Positions 20,472-27,310 of a DNA stretch of 64,000 nucleotides are shown here, in pieces. The stretch spans positions 1 through 64,000 of the forward strand of contig JBPCLP010000053.1 of NCBI GenBank assembly GCA_051003195.1, in the 5' to 3' direction. The number at the start of each line of letters is the position of its first letter. Positions within the stretch are counted from its first letter, which is position 1. This stretch comes from Candidatus Sumerlaeaceae bacterium. Its GTDB lineage: Bacteria; Sumerlaeota; Sumerlaeia; Sumerlaeales; Sumerlaeaceae. The notes under the pieces are model-generated. The model was not told where the DNA came from. It worked only from the letters and a program-made list of their open reading frames with translations, and did not search any database. The position numbers were made by a program, and so were the translations under genes.

Positions 20472-22292
20472 ATGAGCATCCTTGGTTTCCGCCAGTCTAC
20501 GCCATCGCCCGACGCGATGGGGCGTCGCATCGCGCATCTGCAGGCGCTGCACCGTATCGGCGTCGCGCTGTCGTCCACAATGAAACCGCACGAGATCATC
20601 CGCATGGTACTTTCCGAAGTGATGGAGCTCACGGGCGCGGCGTGTTCGACAATCTACCTGCTCGATCACCAGCGCCAGCTACTTGTCCCAACGCTGTCTT
20701 TCGGCGAGGATGTTACGACTCCGCTTGACCTCGGCACCAGCAGCGACCTCGCGGTTCAGGTGGCTCATACCGGACATCCGGCGCAGGAAACGGAAACGAG
20801 TGCGATCTCCTGCGGCACCTGCCGTGAAGATTCGACTGAATTGGACGGGCCGCGAGTCTTTTGCCGCCTCTGTGTTCCACTGATTGCGGGCGATGAAGTA
20901 CTCGGCATCATCGATCTAAAATCCGATAGCTGCACGCGTGTCGAATCGGACATGGAGGAAATGATCGACACGCTGGCCAGCCAGGCAGCGCTCGTGTTAC
21001 GCAACGCCTCAACCCACGAGGAGCTCGAGCAGCACTATAGCGAAATTTCCCTTTTGTATGAGATCCAGCAGGAGCTGACCTCAACGCTCGAATACCAGAA
21101 AGTACTCGAGTCCATCGTCGAGAGGACACGCCGCCTTCTCGACGCCAGCGAGTGCACAATTCGGCTCATTGAAGAGCGCGACGCCAAACGATGTATTCGC
21201 GTCGCCGCCACCACCGGGCGAATGTTCATCGGCCCGGACGTGCTGCCTTTCGAGCAGGCGCTGATCGATCAGCAGGTCTTCGGAGGCGAACTGCTCAGCA
21301 TCGACGACGTACGCACCGATGCCCGCTTTCCCGATCGCGAGGACGCCATCAAGGCGGGCGTGGTGTCCATGTTGTGCGCGCCGCTCGTCGTACGCCGCAA
21401 AGTGATTGGCACCATTCGGCTCTACACGGCGGAGCGTCGCGAGTTCAGCGTGTCAGACCGCAAGATGCTGCTGGCGGTCGCCGGGCAGGCCGCCGTGGCC
21501 ATCGAGCACGCGCGCCTTTACCGCCAGATCGAATCCAAGAATCGCGACCTGCTGGCCAGCAACGTAGAGCTTCGCAAAACCCAGAAGGAACTGGTGAAGA
21601 AGGAAAAGCTCGCGGCACTCGGAGAAATGGCTGCCACGGTCGCGCACGAGATCCGCAATCCACTCACGTCCGTCCGCGGTTTCGCGCAACGCATCGCGCG
21701 CAAGTATTCCAACACAGGCGACGGCCGCCTTGTCGAGTACACCACCATCATCATCGAAGAAGTCGACCGACTGAATAAGTTCATCAAGGACGTGCTTGAT
21801 TTTGCGCGGCGGGCCACGCCCGAGTTCGAGCGCGTTGGCGTCAACAAACTACTCAGCGACATCATCAACCTGATGCGCGACGAGCTAACGGCACAGAGCA
21901 TCGTTGTCATCAGCGACCTTGAGATGAACCTCCGCGAGACTGTGGTAGACGAAGCCCTGATGAAACAGGTGTTTCTCAATTTGCTGCAGAACGCGCGGCA
22001 GGCCATGAGCAAAGGCGGCGTTCTCATCGTCCGCACGCAAAACAGCGGCGCCGACGTCCGGATCCGTTTAGCCGACGATGGCAGCGGCATCCCCAAGGCG
22101 ATTCTCCAGAAAATCTGGACTCCGTTTTACACAACCAAGACGCAGGGAACCGGACTCGGTCTCAGCCTGGTTCAGCGCATTATCGACGACCATCACGGCC
22201 GAATTTATATCCGCAGCCGGGTGGGCACGGGCACGGTGGTCGATATTTTTCTGCCGGTCGCGCACAGTCAACTGGCCCTGCAGGAAGCTTAG
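20472..22292 (+). CDS. Cytoplasmic sensor histidine kinase (2x GAF, HisKA, HATPase)
   Basis: Two GAF-like segments, AHEIRNPL, NLLQNA, DDGSGI, GTGLGL. Confidence 0.92.
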   Translation: MSILGFRQSTPSPDAMGRRIAHLQALHRIGVALSSTMKPHEIIRMVLSEVMELTGAACSTIYLLDHQRQLLVPTLSFGEDVTTPLDLGTSSDLAVQVAHTGHPAQETETSAISCGTCREDSTELDGPRVFCRLCVPLIAGDEVLGIIDLKSDSCTRVESDMEEMIDTLASQAALVLRNASTHEELEQHYSEISLLYEIQQELTSTLEYQKVLESIVERTRRLLDASECTIRLIEERDAKRCIRVAATTGRMFIGPDVLPFEQALIDQQVFGGELLSIDDVRTDARFPDREDAIKAGVVSMLCAPLVVRRKVIGTIRLYTAERREFSVSDRKMLLAVAGQAAVAIEHARLYRQIESKNRDLLASNVELRKTQKELVKKEKLAALGEMAATVAHEIRNPLTSVRGFAQRIARKYSNTGDGRLVEYTTIIIEEVDRLNKFIKDVLDFARRATPEFERVGVNKLLSDIINLMRDELTAQSIVVISDLEMNLRETVVDEALMKQVFLNLLQNARQAMSKGGVLIVRTQNSGADVRIRLADDGSGIPKAILQKIWTPFYTTKTQGTGLGLSLVQRIIDDHHGRIYIRSRVGTGTVVDIFLPVAHSQLALQEA

Positions 22293-22435
22293 TACAACCG
22301 ACCGGCTGCAAAAGACACACCTCGCTCGCGAAGAAGTTCAGCTTCGCCGGGTATTGGTCCGAGGCTTCTGGCGGCTTGACATAAGTTCCGCGGCTAAGCC
22401 CGATAACAGTACAAAACAGATGAGGAACAGGTAAG

Positions 22436-22696
22436 TTGCCTAATATTAAGTCGGCAAAGAAGCGCGTAAAAACCAACAAGCGCGACGAAATCCGTAACCG
22501 TGCGGCCAAAAGCACGCTCAAAACGCACATTAAAACTCTGGAAGCGATGGAGCCTGGAGACGAGCAGAAGAAGGCTCTGCGCGACGTGCAGGCACTGGTG
22601 GCCCGCACCAAAAAGCGCGGCATCCTCCACAAAAACAAGGCTGCGCGCATCCAGAGCCGCCTGGCCAAGCGGGTTAATAAGGCCGGGGCAGCCTAG
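22436..22696 (+). CDS. rpsT: 30S ribosomal protein S20
   Basis: MPNIKSAKKR, GILHKNKAAR; TTG start with GAGG upstream. Confidence 0.97.
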   Translation: MPNIKSAKKRVKTNKRDEIRNRAAKSTLKTHIKTLEAMEPGDEQKKALRDVQALVARTKKRGILHKNKAARIQSRLAKRVNKAGAA

Positions 22697-22888
22697 TGTG
22701 CCGAATCAGAAGTTCCTATCCAGTTTGAGCGCGGAAAATGAGCTCAATTCGGCACACAGAACCGGATGCGAATTAATGGTAGACCACACTAGTGTGCCGT
22801 ACCAGGAGATCTTAGCCATCTTCGCGAACGGTTTTAAGCTGGGACGGCACACAAAACCTGGCTACGATTCAAGCGTAGATCCCACCAG
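22693..22888 (+). repeat. Two tandem 96-bp units sharing a CTAG junction
   Basis: Boundaries CTAG 22693, CTAG 22789, CCAG 22885, an exact 96-nt period. The first CTAG contains the rpsT TAG stop. Confidence 0.9.
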
Positions 22889-22906
22889 GCCCTGGTTGCC
22901 AGCAAG

Positions 22907-23203
22907 ATGACTTTCAAGGACCTCGGCTTCGCGTTCCGCAGGCTGCTGGTTCTTTTTTGTCTGGGGGCGCTGCTTGGCGGATGCGCCAACTTCGGCTGCA
23001 AGATCCCGCGCGACCCCTCCGCCGTCTGCTATGGTGACCGCTGTTACATTGAGGATAGTACGTTTATCCTCGCCGATCAGCTCTACAGCAAGTTCGGCTC
23101 GCTTTGGCTGGTGGAGCGCCATCTGCGCGAGGAAGAAGAACTGCTCCCCTGTGAGGTCAACGAGTGCCTCTACCGCCTGAAAAAGGTCCACGGTCTGCCC
23201 TGA
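22907..23203 (+). CDS. Small putative lipoprotein, Cys-rich, unknown function
   Basis: Basic then hydrophobic N-terminus with lipobox LLGGC; several further Cys. Confidence 0.6.
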   Translation: MTFKDLGFAFRRLLVLFCLGALLGGCANFGCKIPRDPSAVCYGDRCYIEDSTFILADQLYSKFGSLWLVERHLREEEELLPCEVNECLYRLKKVHGLP

Positions 23204-23292
23204 TGTAGCGGGAAGTTCCTTTCAAGTATGACCGTGAAAGACACTCGATTCGCACACAGAACCGAATGCAAAGTAACGTTAGCCCTGTCTAA
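23193..23292 (+). repeat. Degenerate copy of the 96-bp repeat
   Basis: GAAGTTCCT...GATTCGCACACAGAACCGAATGCAAAGTAA...CTAA at matching spacing. Confidence 0.6.
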
Positions 23293-23346
23293 GCCGCTGT
23301 TTGCCACAGTTTTTGCTTCCTGTACTGCACGACCAGATGTAAATCT

Positions 23347-23919
23347 ATGAACACGAGGCGTACAGCCATGAAACCCTACACCGGCTTGCTGCTTGTCCTA
23401 GGCGTTAGCTGCACATTAACCCCCACGGTGACCCGTGCGGACGGGATGCTGACCGAAACCGAGATTACCCGCCGGACCACCATTGCGCAGGCGCAGGAAC
23501 TTCAGCAGAATCTCGCGTCGAAAACCAAGGCGCTTACGAACGCAGAAACCGCTGCGGCAAGTGCAGCTGCTGCCGTGATGACCAAACGCGCAAACCTCGT
23601 CTTCGCGCCCGGCCCATCGCAGGACAAGTACGGCGACCCGATGTACACCGCCTACGGTCCGCTGGTTGGAACCGAAAGCCCCATGTACTCCGGACCACGC
23701 TACATCGCCAGCTTCGATCGCTATGCCATGCTGCCCATTCCCGACGGCGAATATCGCGGCTATTACCGCCAGGCGTTCAGCCACCCCGGTGTTGGCGCGC
23801 GCACAGATGTCAGCCTGGGCGTCGGCGCCAGCCAGATGTACCTGCAGTCGAACATGATGTATAACCCGGGCAGCATGGCGCCGTCTGCCGCGCGCGTGAT
23901 GACCAACAACCGCTGGTAA
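23347..23919 (+). CDS. Hypothetical exported protein
   Basis: Signal-peptide-like N-terminus, helical segment, Tyr/Gly/Pro-rich C-terminal half. Confidence 0.6.
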   Translation: MNTRRTAMKPYTGLLLVLGVSCTLTPTVTRADGMLTETEITRRTTIAQAQELQQNLASKTKALTNAETAAASAAAAVMTKRANLVFAPGPSQDKYGDPMYTAYGPLVGTESPMYSGPRYIASFDRYAMLPIPDGEYRGYYRQAFSHPGVGARTDVSLGVGASQMYLQSNMMYNPGSMAPSAARVMTNNRW

Positions 23920-23977
23920 TCAGCAGCAGTTTACTGCGGCGGGTTAATCCCCACGGGTGGCAGTTTGTAGTTTACCA

Positions 23978-24077
23978 CTAGTGTGCCGAATCAGAAGTTC
24001 CTATCCAGTTTGAGCGCGGAAAATGAGCTCAATTCGGCACACAGAACCGGATGCGAATTAATGGTAGACCGCACTAG
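23978..24077 (+). repeat. 96-bp unit almost identical to 22693-22792
   Basis: One difference seen (ACCGCA vs ACCACA); CTAG at both ends. Confidence 0.92.
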
Positions 24078-24093
24078 CGTGTTCGTTCCGTGC

Positions 24094-24732
24094 TTACTTA
24101 ACTCGCTTCAACCGGACGTTCTTATACTTTATAAGGCTCCCGGGGTCGTGCCCCTGGAGTGCGAGCGTGCCGGACGTAAGAATGCGCGTGAAGTCGGCGC
24201 CTGGTTTGCGGTCGGGTTCTTCGGTCCAGTCGTTCACCACTTTGTCGTTCAACTTTACCGTAATGCGTTTGCCCTGCACCTTGATGTGGCAGGTGTACCA
24301 CTCGTTGTCCTTCACGTGCAGTTCCTTCACGTCATTGACGCCATAAATGCTGCCGCTCTTGCGCCAGTCGGTGTGCGTCTGGTTCACCTGGATCTCGTAT
24401 CCAACTTTCGGCCAGCCCGTGTCCTGCCACTGTGTGTGAAAATAGATGCCTCCGTTGGACGAGGCAGACGTCGTCACATCGGCGGTTAGCTCGAAGTCCT
24501 TAAACGGCTGGTGCTCGCCGACATAAAACAGGTGGCTGCGCTCACCTTTGGCCACGAACGCACCGTCCTCCACCTTCCAACAGTTCCTTTCGGGCTCGGC
24601 AATCTTCCAGCCGTCGAAAGTCTTGCCATCCATCAGCGGGATCCAGCCGTCGCTGTCCTGTGCCCGGATATTTGTCGACGCTAGCGTCACCGATGCGAGC
24701 CAGCCTGCCAAATAGATCGTTAAGTTTTTCAT
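24094..24732 (-). CDS. DUF1080 (3-keto-disaccharide hydrolase-like) exported protein
   Basis: GWIPLMDGKTFDGW, FKDFEL, NGGIYF, GYEIQV, LALQGHDP, YKNVRLK. Confidence 0.9.
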   Translation of the reverse strand: MKNLTIYLAGWLASVTLASTNIRAQDSDGWIPLMDGKTFDGWKIAEPERNCWKVEDGAFVAKGERSHLFYVGEHQPFKDFELTADVTTSASSNGGIYFHTQWQDTGWPKVGYEIQVNQTHTDWRKSGSIYGVNDVKELHVKDNEWYTCHIKVQGKRITVKLNDKVVNDWTEEPDRKPGADFTRILTSGTLALQGHDPGSLIKYKNVRLKRVK

Positions 24733-24860
24733 GTAGTCGCCACACGACAGGGGTGGCACAAATGCAAGCTCAGAAATTAGCGTCCGTCACTCGTTGGGGG
24801 GGAAAAGGTTTGATCGTCGAGCGTGCCAGAGGGGACGCTTTCCCACGTCCCCGGGAACTG

Positions 24861-25334
24861 AGGTTTCGGAACGGTTCCGCACCTTGCCCCAGAACTTCTC
24901 CTCCGTTTCCTCGGGGGATAATGATTTCCACCATCGCGCCAGATCGCACCACGCGTCCGATCCACCATCGCGCCAGGTCGCAACACGCGCTGATCCATCC
25001 AACCCCGGCCAAACGACCACGCCCGCGACCAAAAAACGTACGCCGCCCTGGGAGCGCGTCACCGCGTGCCGCACCTACAACCCCGGGCATTCCATATACG
25101 CGTCGCCTGCGAATTTGCCAGGTTTCGGAACATTCCGCCCCCGCCCCAGAACTTCTCCTCCGTTTCCTCGGGGGATAATGATTTCCACCATCGCGCCAGA
25201 TCGCACCACGCGTCCGATCCATCCACTCCGGCGAAACGACCACGCACGCGACCAAAAAACGTACGCCGCCCTGGGAGTGCGTCACCGCGTGCCGCACCGT
25301 ACAACCCCGGGCATTCCATATACGCGTACCTGCC
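24861..25334. repeat. Non-coding tandem duplication (units start at 24861 and 25120) with an internal ~33-bp duplication in unit 1
   Basis: AGGTTTCGGAAC...CAGAACTTCTCCTCCGTTTCCTCGGGGGATAATGATTTCCACCATCGCGCCAGATCGC...ACAACCCCGGGCATTCCATATACGCGT occurs twice. Confidence 0.9.
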
Positions 25335-25431
25335 AGTTAAGGACTTACTTCTCCGTTGACAGCTTCCCCTGTTTCGCGGATGCTGGAGGAATTCTGTCGA
25401 CGAATCCGACATAGTCAATAGGTGCGGGGTT

Positions 25432-26463
25432 TTGATAAAGGGGTTTAAGCGCGCGGCGCTGTTGTGTTTCAGTATCACCTGCCTGGTGGGCGGGATGGTT
25501 CACGCACAGACACCCACATGGACAAGCGTGGGTGGCGCCTCGCCCGGCCCGCGCTTTGGCCATGCTGGTATTTACGACGCTGTGAACCGGCGCATGGTCA
25601 TCTTCGGCGGCCGCGACTTCTCGGTCGGCGACCGCAATGACGCGTGGGCCCTGAACCTGGCGCTGGCGACGCCCACCTGGAGCCAGCTATTCCCATCCGG
25701 CACAGCCCCGGCTGTGCGTCGGTTCATGTGTGCGGCGTATGACCCGGACCAGCAACGCATGCTGATCTTTGGCGGGTTGAACAACTCGACGCAGTTTGAC
25801 GATACATGGGAGCTGACACTGGGGGCCTCGCCAGCGTGGAACCAGCTCTCACCCGCGAACAAACCGGCATCGCGCTATCATGCCGGCAGCTGTTACGACA
25901 CGTCGGCTTCGCGGATGCTGGTGTTCGGGGGATGGGATAGCGCGACGCGTCTGGGGGACGCCTGGGCATACACCGGCGGGAACTGGACGCAACTGGGGGC
26001 GTCGACCCCACTGGGTGTGCGGGGTAACCCCAACATGTTTCACGTGGACGGCACGGGGAAATCGATCGTGTCGGGAGGGTCCAACAATTCGCAGTACCTG
26101 GGTGATACGTGGGAGCTCGATGGAACGTCATGGGCGCAACTGTCGCCCTCGCCTGCGTTTCCGTCGCTGGTAACATGTGCTTTCGCGGGGCTGGGCAGTG
26201 GCCGCGCGCTGGTTATCGGTGGCGGCAACGGATCAGGGACCTATTATGAGACGGTTTACCGCTTCACGCTGGATCCCTCATATGCAGCGGTTACAGTGAG
26301 TGGCTCTTATGGGGGCAGGGGCAACTTTGCCGCAGCTTATGATCCGCCATCGCAGCGGCTGGCGATCTATGGCGGATACAACGGGTTGTCGCCCTTGGGG
26401 GATACCTGGCTGCTCGGCGCGCTGGCTGTTCCGGTAACGCTGTCTGCTTTCGGGATCGAGTAG
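25432..26463 (+). CDS. Secreted Kelch-repeat beta-propeller protein
   Basis: Signal peptide; six R..(H)...YD....RM.IFGG......D.W.L type repeats; ends PVTLSAFGIE. Confidence 0.88.
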   Translation: MIKGFKRAALLCFSITCLVGGMVHAQTPTWTSVGGASPGPRFGHAGIYDAVNRRMVIFGGRDFSVGDRNDAWALNLALATPTWSQLFPSGTAPAVRRFMCAAYDPDQQRMLIFGGLNNSTQFDDTWELTLGASPAWNQLSPANKPASRYHAGSCYDTSASRMLVFGGWDSATRLGDAWAYTGGNWTQLGASTPLGVRGNPNMFHVDGTGKSIVSGGSNNSQYLGDTWELDGTSWAQLSPSPAFPSLVTCAFAGLGSGRALVIGGGNGSGTYYETVYRFTLDPSYAAVTVSGSYGGRGNFAAAYDPPSQRLAIYGGYNGLSPLGDTWLLGALAVPVTLSAFGIE

Positions 26464-27002
26464 CGTGTTCTGATGTAGCTCCGGGGTTACTGCACAAATG
26501 GACTCCTGCTGCACAGCCTCCGATCATGCGCGTCTCATGCTCGGAAACAGGGGTACAGGCCCTCAGTTAATTTGTTAACACACAGCGCCGAGAAACAGCG
26601 GAAGATTAGATCGGGGGTCAGCTCCCGATCTCAAAAATTCTGAGCTGACCGCCAAAAACTTTTTCCGACTTTATTGGACTTAGCTCACCTGAAGGGAACG
26701 CCCGGGAAGTGACACGCCGCCCCCAACTGGTGTATACCTGCCCGCGTAGTAAAGCTGAACACGTTCTTTGACAACTATGCAGCCCGAATGCCGTGACCGA
26801 CGCCAAAGGTACCTCTGCGCCCAATCCGCGTGGCATTTTTACGTCCATTGCGCCTGGCGGAATAAGCCGCCCATCGCGCAAGGAAGCCGGAACTCCACGG
26901 CCCCCGCGAATTCTTACGCGAGGATTACCGTTTTTCAAGTGGCGAAATTACCCATTTTTCGCCAACTTGATTTATCTGCAAGCGTTTCAATATTCTACAC
27001 GT

Positions 27003-27127
27003 CAAACTTGAAAAAACTTGAAAACTTGAAATCCTCCAACGGCACCGCCCGCGCACTCCGACTCACACATCATTCCAGGTGTTTCGTGTGCATTCGTGCG
27101 ATTCGTGGATAAAAATCACTGCCTTAC
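27003..27127 (+). repeat. ~120-bp repeat, copy 1 (inverted partner at 35031-35138)
   Basis: CAAACTTGAAAAAACTTGAAA...CATCATTCC...TTCGTGCGATTCGTGGATAAAAATCACTGCCTTAC. Confidence 0.75.
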
Positions 27128-27310
27128 CCACCCCAAAACCAGGAGATATCCACAGCCCGCGCCAGCAGGTTGGATGGATCAGACGCGCGGTGCGATCTGG
27201 CGCGAGGGTGGCTTGTCCAGAATTCCCGCCCGGTAACAAGCGTTGCCGCGGGAGCCGGATGCTGATTCTGCTATACAGAATGCATTGGCCGGATGCATTC
27301 GCCGGGCCTG

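Noticed and set aside
22693..22888. 96-bp tandem units as a CRISPR array
   Set aside because: At most two adjacent units, no constant 25-45 bp repeat with unique spacers, copies are dispersed, and no cas genes are present.
22693..24077. Integron attC cassette array
   Set aside because: The units lack RYYYAAC/GTTRRRY core sites, there is no integrase, and the same element follows core genes such as dnaG and rpsT.
22500..24489. ORFs 22500-22910 and 23983-24489 sharing PNQKFLSSLSAENELNSAHRTGCELMVD
   Set aside because: The shared peptide is a translation of the 96-bp DNA repeat, and both ORFs overlap real genes.
24660..25478. Several overlapping Arg/Pro-rich ORFs
   Set aside because: Products of the GC-rich tandem duplication, open in many frames and lacking protein-like features.
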